This document shows, piece by piece, positions 38,330 through 51,190 of a stretch of DNA of 64,000 bases (the stretch's first letter is position 1; each line of letters opens with the position of its first letter). A program made the translations under genes and the position numbers. This stretch comes from Octopus sinensis (lineage: Eukaryota): NCBI RefSeq assembly GCF_006345805.1, contig NC_043001.1:104284001-104348000 (forward strand), read 5' to 3'. Below the pieces are notes generated by a model, which worked only from the letters and a program-made list of their open reading frames with translations, was not told the DNA's origin and did not search any database.

Positions 38330-39580
38330 TTGTGTGGCAAGAACTTAGAAAATTCTAACAAAGAACCTACTTTTAAAGATATCAGTGACCATGTTGTTTC
38401 TCATTTAGAAACTGTGTGGAAAAAAGCTTCAATTCCATCAGTAACTTATAAAAGTATAGTGGATATGCCGAAAAGTTATCATTTAAAATATTTAAAAAAT
38501 GAAGAAATTAATAGAAGTGAGAAAGAGTGAAAAGAACTTACAAAAACTGAAAGTGTCTCTGAATGAAGCTCAGATGAAAGTGCTTTGATGTAGGTGCTTG
38601 TAACGGTAAAGATTTTCAGTTGTGCTGCTATTTTTGCCCTAATAAAGTACTGCTCGAGGAAAGAAAGTTTTTATTAGATCAAAGAACCACAAGGAAGATG
38701 CTTCTTGGTTCTGTTCATAGTAATTTGTGTGGTGTTTGTGCCAGGCTGTGTTGTAGGGCAGGACCGGAAGTGAGGGAGTACGCATGTCCTGTTGGAAGTG
38801 GGGCCTGTGGGTCCCACCAGAAGAGCCATGGAAGGCATGCGGGGGTTGGCGAGGCACAAGCGGCCAGTTGGCAGTGAACAGCGTATGAGAGCAGACTTGT
38901 TAGGTGGTACGGTGGCAGACAGAACATGTGGACATTGTGATCGACCCCTTCCACATAGATAAGGGATGGACTGGAACTGAGGGAGTACACATGTCCTGTT
39001 GGAAGTGGGACATGAGGGTCCCACTGGAAGGACCGTGGTGGGCATGCAGGGTCAGCAAGGCACAAGCGGCCAGTTGGCAGTGGACAGCGCATAAGAGCAG
39101 ACCTGTTAGATGGTACAGTGTCAGACAGAGCATGTGGATGTTGTGGGAGACACTTCCAGATAGACAGGTAAAACTACCGTAAGCCTCTCTCTGCTTCCAT
39201 CTTTTCTTCCTTTACATCATAATTTGACAGCTAAATCAAGGAAAAAAAAACAGAGAAAACTGCAGGATGTTGCGTTTGCAACCATTTGAACCCTTATTCT
39301 TGACTAGTAAGGAATGTAACAAAAATGAACTGGAATCAGTCAATGCAAGGCAATCATCTGTATCACCATGTCCTCCCACCACAGAAACTTCAACCAGTTT
39401 GAGCTCCTCAAAATATGTGCCTAGTTCCAGTTCTGTATGAAGAATAGATATTGAAGAGAAACAAAAAGTATCAGTCGAATGCCTGGTGGTAATGTCTGAC
39501 AAAACAGGAGTACCTGATAGAGCAGTTGCTTACTTTAGCTTCTGCTGTTTTAGAAGGAGCAGGACTCATGAAATTAGGCA
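38330..39580 (+). mobile_element. DNA transposase relic (Sola-like by inference), interrupted by a solo LTR
   Basis: VWKKASIPSV, ERKFLLDQRTTRKMLLGSV and DKTGVPDRAVA..ASAVL remnants. Confidence 0.55.
38726..39219. mobile_element. Solo LTR with an internal ~207-bp tandem duplication
   Basis: TG...CA ends and 5-bp TSD taatt (38721-38725, 39220-39224). Removing it restores the reading MLLGSVHSNLTAKSRKKKQRK of the host relic. Confidence 0.7.
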
Positions 39581-40401
39581 ACTCATCATCATCATCATCA
39601 TTGTTTAATGTCCACCTTCCATACTGGCATGGGTGGGACGGTTTGATAACAACCAGCCAGGCAGAAGCCTGCATGACACTTCTGTAACTGTTTTGGCAGG
39701 ATTTTTATAGCTGGATGCCCTTCCTAACACCAACCACTCAGCAGAATGGACTTAGTGCTTTTTATGTGGCACAAGCACAGGCGAGGTTAGTTTTGACAAG
39801 GTTTTTACTGCTGGGTGCCCTTCTAAATGCCAACCACTTTATAGTGTGAACTGGGTGCTTTTTAAGTGGCACCTGTCCAAGTATTTGCAAAAAAAAAAAA
39901 TCTTTTGAGAGGGGAGGGGGCATTGGAGGAGGTGATCTTGTGTCGGATGATGAAAGGTTATAGCGAGACATAGAGAGAGAAACAAGTGTCTTACTGTAGA
40001 GGAGGTACAAGGTTACCTGGCTAGGGAGAGAGAGAAATCAGGAATGAAGACAGAAACAAGTGCACTGCCACAAAGGAAATAACATGGTTACCCAACCTGA
40101 AGGAAGTAAAAGAGGAGAGAGAGAGAGAGTGGGAGACAGCAGGATAGAGATGGTAGCAAAGTGCCAGGTATATGCAAAGATACAGGGCATGGGTGGAACA
40201 CACAGGTGGGAAGCTAGTGCAGAGCAATGATACAGTGGCACAGGGGGAAGTGGACAGGACTGGGGAGTGGGAGGTAAGCATAGTGCATGAAGCAGAAATG
40301 TGAGGAAGAGATGTAGAGACGTAGTTTGGTTTGTTGTGGTAGAGTGTGTGAGAAGTTTTCTTAAGTGTGGGTGAGATACACAATGCTTCTAGAACTCAGT
40401 T

Positions 40402-40720
40402 TCACTGATGTAGTCTTTTCAAGAACTCCATATCACCGACATCTTTGTCCATTGTCATTTCCTTTGTGAGGCCTAAAATCCTGAGATCAGTACTCACCAC
40501 TTCATCCCACGTCTTCCTGGGTCTCCGTCTTCTGCAGGTACCATCCACATTCAGTGACTGACACTTCTTTATACAGCTGTCTTCATTCACACGCCTCACA
40601 TGTCCAAACCAACGTAGTCTTCTCTCTTGCAGGCTATATTTGATTCCTCTTATGCTCAACTTTTTTCTCAATACATTTGCATTTTGCTGCACATGTGCAC
40701 TGATGTTGCAATCCTTAGTT
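40402..40720 (-). mobile_element. RTE LINE ORF C-terminal fragment
   Basis: RRLRWFGHVRR...GTCRRRRPRKTWDEVV..DL motif. Confidence 0.8.
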
Positions 40721-43502
40721 ATTGACAGAAATGGAATTAGGAGAAGTAGGATAAGAGTAAGATCAGACATTAGCCCCCCTCGAACATGGCTGATACTAGC
40801 CCCCTTGCCCCAACTGGCACCTATGCCGGTGGCTTGTAAAAAGCACCATCTGAACATGGCCGATTCCAGGGCCACCTTGACTTGCTCCCATGCCAGTGGC
40901 ACGTAAATACACCATTTGAATGTGGTCAATGCCAGCCTCCTCTGGCCTCTGTGCCAGTGGCATGTAAAAAGCACCCACTACACTCTCGGAGTGGTTGGCA
41001 TTAGGAAGGGTGTACAGCTGTAGAAACACTACCAGATCAGATTGGAGCCTGGTGCAGCTTCCTGGCTTGCCAGTCCTCAGTCGAACTGTCCAACCCCTGC
41101 CAGCATGGAAAATGGACGTTAAACGATGATGATGATGATCTACAAAATTTTGGAAAAATTGTTGTGTATCAGTATGTATCTGTACATAGATACAAAGTTT
41201 TTTTTTTTTCACATTAAATTCCAATATAATTGTAACCAACACTGTGGCTGTGTGGTAAAAGGCTTGCTTCCCAACCGCATGCTTCTGAGTTCAGTCCCAC
41301 TACGGGGCACCTTGGGCAATTGTCTTCTACTATAGCCTTGGGCCAACAAAAGCCTTGTGAGTAGATTTGGTAGACGGAAACTGGTATTTGTGTGTCTGTG
41401 TTTGCCCCCCCCCCCCCACCATCACTTGACAACTGATCTTGGTGTGTTTACGTTCCCCGAAACTTAGTGGTTTGGCAAAAGAGACTGACAGACTAAGTAC
41501 TAGGCTTACAAGGAATAAGTCCTAGGGTCAATTTGTTCAACTAAAGGCAGTGCTCTAGCATGGCCACAGCCAAATGACTGAAACAAGTAAAAGAATAAGA
41601 GAATGTCTGAAAGGTGTTTGTTGAAAATTTCATTAAGAAAGAAAACATTTATTTTTCTGAAAGTTATGAGGAAACAAAGTTGATGGGTGGCAGCACACTT
41701 GTGTTGATATGTCAGAATCTTTCTAGTGTTGTATATATGTAGATATATTCCTGGTTCCATGTCTTTGTGAAGTAGCATTGAAGATGACTTAGGAAGAAGT
41801 TGACACTTTCCTTTAAGATGTCGTGGATAATATTTCCTGCTTTTCGGTATTTTGATGGTAGCACTGACTGCAGCAAAGGTTGCTGACTCAAGATTGATGA
41901 TGATGATGTTTTAATGTCCATTGTCCATGAGTTGGACAGTTTGACCAAGCTGGAAGGCTGCACCAGACTCCAGTCTGATTTAGCATGGCTTTTATGGCTG
42001 GATGCCCTCCCTAATGCTAACCACTCCGAGAGTGTAATGGGTGCTTTTTTGTGCCACCAGCACAGGTGCCATCTGCCTGACACTGGGTTCTTTTACATAC
42101 TACCAGCACAGGTGCCGATGATGATAATGAAGATGATGATGATGGCGATGACAACAATAATGGTTATTTCTCTCAGAATTATTCTGAATTGCAGGTATAG
42201 GAGCTGGTTTTCGTGACTGGTATTTCAGTAGGGATGTGCCAGCCAATGACTTGAATAGCACCATGGTAAATTCCAGGGGTCATAGAAGATCTCTATCACA
42301 TCTAAGAATTTGTGTATGACACACCAGTCTGCAGACATCTGAATTTCTTGAGATTTTTGTAATCCATCTCACACAGGTGAAGGACTGCCCCAAGAAGCAC
42401 ACTCTGACCATTCCCCTGAAGCTTTGAGCAGGAATGTTTCAACTGTATCCAAGAGGAAAAAGAAACGAAACTTTATAAACATTCAGGCATGGCAATGTCC
42501 TCGTCCTTTGCTGGTATGGGTTGGACAATTCTGACAGGACCTGGCAAATCAGAAGACTGCACCAAACTCTACTGTCTGCTTTGACATGGCTTCCACACCT
42601 GGATGCCCTTCCTAACACCAACCACCTTACAATGCTTTTATATATCACCAACCGCAGTGATGTGATCGAGTGAAGGTCCTTCTAGTATTGAGGGAGGTGG
42701 CTTTGTGCCAGGTGATGAGAAGTGAAGGTATGAACAGAGGGACAGAAAAAGGCATCTTGCAGTGGACGAGATACACGGCTACCTCAGTTGAAGGGAGGTA
42801 AGATGAAGATGTGGCAGATTGTGTGTGTGGGGGGGGGGGCAAGGACATAAAGGTATCTCCTTTATGGTCTTGATTTTACTGCATGGATTTTTTTCATGCA
42901 TAGCAAATTCAAATTGTGTTGGTCTTTTGTTATCTGCTCTATGAAGTTTAACATCATGTTGATCATTTTACATCATGCCTTCCTCTTCCCTCCAGATTTA
43001 GAGATTAGCACTTCTTTATGCAGCTATCTTCATCCATACACATCTCGTGGCCATGCTAGCACATACTTCTCTCCTGCACACTATATCCAATGCCTTTTAT
43101 GCCCCCAACACATTTGCACTTTGTTTTATATGCACATCCAGCAGAGCATGTTGGCTTTGTTTCTTTCAAGCTTTCACATGTCTTCTGCATTCACAGTCCA
43201 TGTTTCACTGTCATGTAGCATAGCTGTTTGTACACAGGCATCGTGCAATCTACCTTTCACTCTGAGAAGACGACCTTTGTAACTAACAAAGATAGCAGCT
43301 CTCTGAACTTTACTCAGCCAGTTCTTATTCTAGCAACTACACTTTCAGAGCAATTCCCCCCACTTCTTATTTCATCACCCAGGTCACAAGAACTATCTAC
43401 GACTTCAAAGGACCCCCTTGAGCATTTGAGGAAACCTATTTGCTATGTTTTGATTCTGTATTTGGTTTACAAGATTCTTTATGTGAATTTGTGTGTTGAA
43501 GC

Positions 43503-43712
43503 ATATTTTATTGCCTGTGGAGAGTCATTCTCTTTTAATGCCTTATTAATTAACACACTCACTGGTTCAGTTTCCACTCATTTACTTTTTTTTTTCTAAA
43601 ATTCTCACTGCTTCTTGCAACTTAGAAATAAATAAATAAGTGGAAATTGAACTGGTGAGTGTGTTAATAAGGCATTGAAACAGAATGACTCTCTCCAGAC
43701 ACAACAAAATAT
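43503..43712. repeat. Short foldback MITE
   Basis: ggagagtcattct...acacactcactggttcagtttccact pairs with agtggaaattgaactggtgagtgtgt...agaatgactctctcc. Confidence 0.65.
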
Positions 43713-43879
43713 TCACTATGGGTTCGCAGTCTTTAAAAGAGCACCATTCTTTTCTACTTGAGGCACAAGGCCTGAAATTTTGGGGGAGGGGGACTGTCGA
43801 TAAGACCGACCCCGGTACACAACTGGTACTTAATTTATCAACCCCAAAAGGATGAAAGGCAAAGTTGATCGAACTAAGA

Positions 43880-44240
43880 GTACCATTGCCAAAGAACTGC
43901 AAGTGTTGGGAACGGACTATGAGGACATTCGATACAAGTTGTGTGTACTAAGCAAAGGCCAATTCATGTCTGCAAGGACACAGGAAATCCTTTTGATCAT
44001 CTGTGCTGAATAATTACTTGAAAGGTTAAAACCTGTTGTGAATATGGCATGCTTTGGTTCTTTTGATGAGAAAAACTAAGAGAAGAAATGACTGAGGGTT
44101 GCGCAGATCCTTTTAATGTGCAAGTAGTGATGCACACTATTTCCAGTAATTGTGATGGTTTTTGAAGTGGTGAGTTACAAAGGTCGTGTCATGCTACCAC
44201 ATACATTTCCTCAGGGTCCTAGAATTAATGATGGTGTCAC
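43880..44240 (+). mobile_element. Tc1/maT-like transposase relic
   Basis: EDIRYK....KGQFMSA.TQE and VMVF.VVS..G.VMLPH.FPQG.RIN remnants. Confidence 0.5.
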
Positions 44241-44934
44241 ACAGCTGGCACATAAAACGCACTTTTCAAGCATTGGGCTTCACGGTGGCAAAGTGGCTGA
44301 GCTCATTTCAAGTGTTTAGTCTCACGGAGGCAATGACCAAGACCTTTGGCATTGTCATGCTTGAGAAGAAGACCTATCGAAACAAATAAAACCACAGTTG
44401 TGGCAGATAGCAGCATCATGCAAAGGGCATCCATGCTAGTGGCACATAAAATCACGCATTACACTCATGGACTGGTTGGTATTAGGAAGGGCATCAATCT
44501 GTAGAAGTCATAGTAAATCAGACTGGACCCTGGTGCAGCATCCCAGCCCTGGTCAAACCATCCAACCCATGCCAGCATGGACAACGGATGCCAAATGATA
44601 ATGACAATGAAACAGGTCCAGTACTTGAAGACATCAACTTAATGTCAAATGATTCCAACATAACTGTAGAGAAAAGAATTTTTTATTTTCACATGATGTC
44701 CATTGAATAAATCTCATTCTTTTACTGCTCTTGGAGCAACTGAAGAACTAAGGTTGCAGATGAAAAACTGATGCATTCTGTTTTGGAGAATTTGTCTTAT
44801 TCTTGGTTGCATTCAGAGGAAGAGGTAGGTTGTCTTGATAACATCAATGATCTTTTATGCTCCTCCTTTCAGATGAATTCAGTGATTACTGTGGCCAGTG
44901 AAAGCATTTTAAATTCTCAACTCATTGGTTATGA

Positions 44935-45222
44935 GTGCTCCAGTTGATCCAATCAATGGAACGGCCTGCTTGTGAAATTAACGTGCAAGCTGGCTGAGTA
45001 CTCCTCAGACACACATAGCCTTAACGTAGTTCTCAAGGAAATTCAGCACGACACAGAATGTGACAAAAGCAGCTCTTTGAATTACAGGTACTGTTCATTT
45101 TTGCCAGCTGACTGGACTGGAGCAACGTGAAATAAAGTGTCTTGCTCAAGAGCACAACAGGACATATAACCTTATGATCATGAGCTGAATACCCTAACCA
45201 CTAATCCACGGGCTTTCACAGC
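44935..45222 (-). mobile_element. tRNA-derived SINE, family C
   Basis: Minus strand: tRNA-like head (gtggattagtggttaggg...) followed by cttgagcaagacactttatttcacgttgctcc. A related degenerate copy lies at about 23800-23995. Confidence 0.6.
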
Positions 45223-46500
45223 TGGATCAGTAAATTATGAACATTCAGTATTGTTGAGTGATAATCAGATATATTTACAAGAATTTGAGGAAAGTTGTCA
45301 AAATGAGGGCTATGAGAAGAAATATATAATGTTCTCTTAATTGCTGGCAATGATGCAGTATTTCATTTTGCCAACATTATATACCATTAAAGTTTACAAG
45401 TCAATATTGTGTTTTACCTTGTGTTAGCAGTGCAGTGTTCACACATGCAAGTTTATCTCTAAAGATTTTTGATAGAATTCAGAGCCGGTCCCCTGTTGTA
45501 AGTTGCAGTGCTGGCTCCGAGTTCTATCCAAAATCTATAGCAGTGGTTCTCAACCTGTGGTCCTCAAAGGTAGTACTGGGGTGGGTGGGTGGAGGGGGTG
45601 CTCCATGAACTAAATTAAGAATTTCATATACATGTATATATATCATCATCATCATCATCGTTTTACATCCGCTTTCCATGCTGGCATGGGTTGGATGGTT
45701 TGACTGGGGATCTGGGAAGCCTGGAGGCTGCACCAGACTCCAATTTGATCTGGCAGTGTTTCTACAGCTGGATGTCCTTCCTAATGCCAACCACTCTGAG
45801 AGTGTAGTGGGTGCTTTTACGTACCACCAGTACAAGGGCCAGTCAGGCGGTACTGGCAACAACCATGCTCAAAAGGTGTTTTTACATGCTACCTGCACAG
45901 GAGCGTCTGGCAGCACTGGCAACAGCCATGCTCAAATGTTGTTTTTCACATGCTGGTAAACCAATGCTGGCAACGATCACGCTCAAATGGTGCCACCAGC
46001 ATGGGAGCCAATCCATGGCCCTGGCAACGATCATGCTCAGATGTGTTTTTAACATTCCACTGGCATGAGTGCCAATCAGGCGGTACTGTCATCAGCCACG
46101 TCAGCAATTTTGATTTGTTTACACTTGCCTCAATAGGTCTTTGTAAGCAAGCAAAGTTCCTTGTCCAATGAATGAGGGGTACTCATAAGTGGGTCGGTTA
46201 CACCCCACATCATATATATTTATATATATGTATATATATATATATAATAATAATTTGAGGGAATATTATTCCTAACTTACAGGGAAAAATTCAATTTAGA
46301 AATAGTAAATCAAATTTCCCCAAATATAATATATATATATAAATTAGAAAAAAACTACCTTCTATCAATTCAAAAGGAACAATTAAATTACACCATCTAG
46401 AAAATTACATATAATAGAAATATTAAATATAAAATAACAATAATATACCGATGATTAAGTAATGTGCAAAATAATAACTAAAACATATATATTTGGTAGA

Positions 46501-46606
46501 ATAATGACACGTGTTTCGTGGCTGTATCTAAGAAATGATTATATTAAAAAAAGTAATAGTAGTAGTAAAATCACTTTGATATAAATATAGCCACTCATCA
46601 GGTTAA
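46501..46606 (-). ncRNA. Hammerhead ribozyme motif with long loop II and GUC site
   Basis: Minus strand: taac-CTGATGA-GTGGCTATAT-(~60 nt)-ATACAGCCAC-GAAA-CACGT-GTC-atta, with palindromic ACACGTGT helix III. Confidence 0.65.
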
Positions 46607-46696
46607 AAATAAACTACAATAATAAAATAATTAATAAATATATGTAAATAATCTTTTAAAATATAAATATATTCTTTAAAATATATGTATATATAT

Positions 46697-46752
<56 letters not shown>

Positions 46753-47036
46753 CTTACGCACTAATACTCTCTCATACACACACACACACACACACACACC
46801 CTTATACATACTAATACATACACCAACCCTATACATACACACATCCAGACCCCTCCCACGCACTTTTAGCTGGTCCCTCAACCCTTTTATCAACCCTATT
46901 ATCTCCCCTTATTTCGCTCTCGTGTCTCATGTTTGATCTTTGACCTCTGGCCGAAATCAGATCGCCATGTTGATTCGTTAGCTACTGCACGCATTTTTTT
47001 TCTCTCCTTCTTTCTGTGTTTTTCTCTCTCTGTGTA

Positions 47037-47074
47037 TCTTTCTGTTGAAGAGCGTAGGCTCGAAACGTTAAAGA
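47037..47074 (+). ncRNA. Minimal hammerhead variant (A6 to U)
   Basis: TCTTT-CTGTTGA-A-GAGC-gtag-GCTC-GAAA-C-GTT-AAAGA. Confidence 0.5.
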
Positions 47075-47268
47075 CTTGTTTTATTTATATTTCCTGAGCG
47101 CCATACTAATACAATTGTTCGTTTGTTTTCCACCTGCCTTCGTCTTTTGTTTATTTTCATAAAGCTTCCCGTTATATATATATATATATAAAATACTAAA
47201 TATACATTAAGTGAAAACTAAATATAATACTTTAAATTATACAATACTTTAAAATTAATTAACATACA

Positions 47269-48300
47269 CAATGCTATTACAAGCCATTAATACTGGAATT
47301 AAAATAAGAAATGGTTCAAATATAGACACTCTCATTAAATAAACTAACTATATAATTAATATATATGTGTAGTTTCTATAGATTTAAAATATCACTCAAT
47401 AATATAGTTGACCAGAATATCAATTAATATAAAACCTAATTTACTTAAATTTAATACTACTTAATAAATATACCACCTAATTATTAAATAATATATTGTC
47501 TAACAAAATTAATTCTCAAATTAAATTAAATGTAATACATTAGATCCCTTTATTAAAAATAATAATAAATCATTCTAAATAAACAGATATAATAATTAAT
47601 AACTATCATAACTTATAACTATCAATATATATAAAAATGATATAATGGCGAAAATTATTTACTAATGAAAAGTAAGAAAAACATCTAAGCCTCATAAATT
47701 AAAGAAAGGTGCAAAAAATATTAGAACAAATAAACAAAACACTATGAAGACATTCAACCACAACCAACAGTCCACTATAAATCCAGTCAATAAAAATAAT
47801 AATAATAACAACAACAATCAAACTGAATAAAATACAAGTTCCAAATAATATTGATAAACAAACAATGTTACGAAGTTTATCGATTAAATTAATTTATCTG
47901 GATCTTAAATGTATAAAAATAGGTTTTAGCGTCTTATTAATATACCCAATGCTATTACTAGTCATGAATAATACAATCAAAAATAGGAAATGGTTCAAAT
48001 ATACACAAACCCATTATATAAACTAACTATATTATTAATATATATGTAGTAGCTACAGATTTAATATTTCGCACGATAATAAAGTTGAACAAAATATTAA
48101 TTAATATTTTAGTCTAATGAAACTAATTCTCAAATTTATTTATATGTAAAACGTTAAATCCCTTTATAAAAATACATAGATATCATAACTAATAACGTTT
48201 GTTACTAATAACTATCAAGAAACTATAAATAAATAATAATATTTCAACAACAATAATAACAATAACAATAATAATAATTTCAAACCCAAAACGATTCAAA
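47269..48300. repeat. Diverged AT-rich tandem duplication, period about 678 bp
   Basis: caatgctattac...gaaatggttcaaatata...aaactaactata at 47269 and again at 47947. Confidence 0.7.
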
Positions 48301-50172
48301 ATCCAAATAATATAGATAATATATAAAATGTAACTTAACTTGTTGAAGGAAAAATGTAACTGAATTTTAAATGTAAAAAAATAGTTCTTAGCGTTTATAA
48401 AATTTAACGCACGAAGACTTTGTGCAAACAAATAGAATAAATTCTCAATGAAAATGGCAAATCATTTTAACACTCCAACTCATTGAGAAATAACACTTGA
48501 AAAGAAAACAGATATATAAACAATCAACATTAAAATTCAAATGGTGCTTTTTAAAAATTTTATTTGTATTTTTAAGTGATGTAAACTTTTTTATTAACAA
48601 TATATTTTTATAGGAACAAAAGAAAAATAACACTAAAAGTACAAAAAAATCAAACTATTGAGAAAAAAACCCCACAAGCACCTCACAAAGGTAATAAAGA
48701 AAATGAAGAAAGAGGGTGGGGATCAAGCAGACAATGGGGGTGGGAGCAATGGGCATGACCACAAAGATGTTGCTGTGGAGAATGGCTAGTGATAACCACT
48801 ACAACAGCTATTGCACTTCACAGGGTCCACCTTCAGATGGGCTACAGCTATCCTGACTCTACTATGGAAACTGACAATGTGAAGTTTGAGGACACTCAAG
48901 ATGTTGACAGCAAAGCAGCACAGACTGATAGCAGCTGGCCAGACTCTTATATTTGTTTACTTTTCTCTCCTCTGCATTACAGGTGAGTTTACAGCTGATG
49001 CAGAAAGACTGGAGGTGAAGAACTTGTTGCAGCATGTCGTGTCCCAGATTAGATGTCTGACTCCCTTGTATGGAAAGAGGCTTATTCTGCTGGAGTGTTT
49101 TATCATTCCCACAGTTAAGACTCAGCTCCAGTCATGTCAAGGACCCTTCTAATTATGTTGTTCAGAGAATGTTGGGCGAACTGGCCTTAACCCTAATTAG
49201 ATTTCACCTTAATTATCTATAATGAAATGGAATACATGTCTTTTTCATTTTGATACACTTCTGAATTTAACTTTTCTTTTTGTCATTTCAGAAATAAATG
49301 GTACTTTAAAAATGAATTTATAATAGAAATAAAACATAAAAATTAGCGTTGCTATCTTTCTTCTATTAACATAGAATGTTCTGCTAAAAATGTTCACTTT
49401 ATTGTGTAAAATAATCCACAAAAAAGAGTAAGGATATTATCTCTGTGATGCATCTTGCAAACCATTAACAATGAAGGGGTAGACTGGACTTGAAAGCAGG
49501 TAAAGAAATATACCGAGAGAATAAGTTATGCTGAATTTTAATCGTTATAGTATAGCTTTAGTTAAGCTATACACAAAAAAAATTAACGGAGACCCAGGAT
49601 GTGTTAGTGAAAGATTTATTTAGTTGAATACGAGGGCTATAAGTGTGTGTTTAAGCTATCTCCCTCAGGGTTACAGAAAACTATCTCCCTCGGATTATTA
49701 CTTGTTCCCCTCTACGGCTCCTGGTGGTTGCAATGTTTCATCAACCAAAAGTAGGAAGAAACTTCACTGAAGGAATTCTTTATCTTGAAAGACAAGAACT
49801 GGTATCAACATGGAATCAAAGAATTGGCAGAAAAGTGACTTCAGATGGTGCAGCGTGATAGCCTCTACTTTGAATGTTAGGCTGATTTTGTTGTAACTTG
49901 ATGAAAAATAGCAAATAAGTTATTAAAACATTGCAAAGCTTTTGATTCAACACGATACTTTCTAAAATGTGGTGCTCCAGCATGGCTGAAGCCACATGGC
50001 TGAAATGAGTGAAAGAGTATAATAATCCTATAGATTAGTCTTTCAATAATTCATTATGATATAAACTCTGTTGATTATAATAGAAAAACAATGTTAAAAA
50101 AATTAAGAGATTTAAGAGGTTATTCCACTTTGAAGAAAAGTGGGATTGAGAAAAAAAAAAACCTTGCAGCAA

Positions 50173-51190
50173 TTAAGCATCGACTTCCATCTCTTCTTCT
50201 TCTGCTGCTTTTGCTGCTGCTTCTGCTGCTGCTTTTGTTGCTGCTTTTGCTGCTGCTTCTGCTGCTGCTTTTGCTGCTTTTGCTGCTGCTTCTGCTGCTA
50301 CTACAGCTTCTGCTGTTCTTGCTGCCGCTTCTGCTGCTTCTGCTGCTACTTCTGCTGCTTCTGCTATTTTTGCTATGATATCTGCTGCTTTCGATGCTGC
50401 TCTTTCTCCTACTACTGAGCGTATATCTTGTGCCACTTTTGTTGCTTCTGCTGATTTTGCTACTGCTTCTACTGCTGCTTTTGTTGCTTCTGCTGCTTTT
50501 GCTGCTGCTACTTTTGCTGCTGCTTTTGCTGTTGTATTTTCTGCTGCTGCTTTTGCTCCTGCTTCTTCTGCTTTTCCTGCTGCTTCTGCTGCTGCTCTTG
50601 CTGCTACTGCTGCTGCTGCTGCTTCTTCTACTACTAATTTTATTGAGTTTTTTTTTGCTGTTTCTGCCTCTTCTTTTATTGCATCTTTTATTGCTTCCGT
50701 TGCTGTTTTTACTGCAGCTTTTGCTGTTTCCACTGCATCTGCTGCTGATTTTGTTTCTGCTTCTTTTGCTGCTTCTTTTGCTGTCTTTGTTGCTTCTTCT
50801 ACTGCTTCTTCTGCTTCTTTTGCTTCTTTTGCTGCTTCTTTTGCTGCTTCTGCTGCTTCTTCTGCTGCTTTCGCTGCTCTAGCTGCTGCTTTTGCTGCTG
50901 CTTCTTCTGCTGCTGCTCCTGCTTCTGCTGCTGCTTCTTCTGCTGCTGCTTTTACTGCTGCTGCTATTATTTCATCTATTTTCGCTTCTTCTGCTGCTTT
51001 TGCTGCTTTTGCTGCTACTGCTGCTGCTTTTACTTTTTTTGCTTCTCTTTTGTCTTCCGCTTCATATATTTTGGTGTAAAAATTTCGAAGATAAAAGTGC
51101 ATTCTGTCAACAGGGCATCTATCATCCATGCGATCTTGAAAATTATATCTCAGTTCTTTATCCATATATTGTGGCTTGAAAGGTCTCTCT
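50173..51190 (-). CDS. Terminal exon of a SEP-domain gene: second half of the SEP domain plus an Ala/Glu/Lys-rich low-complexity tail
   Basis: Acceptor CATTTCAG| at 51191-51192, phase 2, reading (G)ERPFKPQYMDKELRYNFQDRMDD... in frame with the 330-aa ORF to TAA at 50173-50175. Minus-strand AATAAA at 49615-49620. Confidence 0.7.

Noticed and set aside
44730-45500. Plus-strand exon-like segments with GTAGGT/GTAAGT donors (similar remnants at 35090-35520 and 41700-42400 on the minus strand)
   Set aside because: Stops in all frames and only weak hAT-transposase-like remnants; more likely decayed transposons than host exons.
50091-51179. Plus-strand poly-Leu, poly-Cys and Ala/Ser/Phe ORFs
   Set aside because: Antisense shadows of the GCA/GAA/AAA-rich minus-strand exon, which is the strand with a splice acceptor and a complex N-terminal part.
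51100-51190. Resemblance of the terminal exon to the INTS10 C-terminus
   Set aside because: Only a few scattered residues match; the spliced upstream exon fits the SEP pattern much better.
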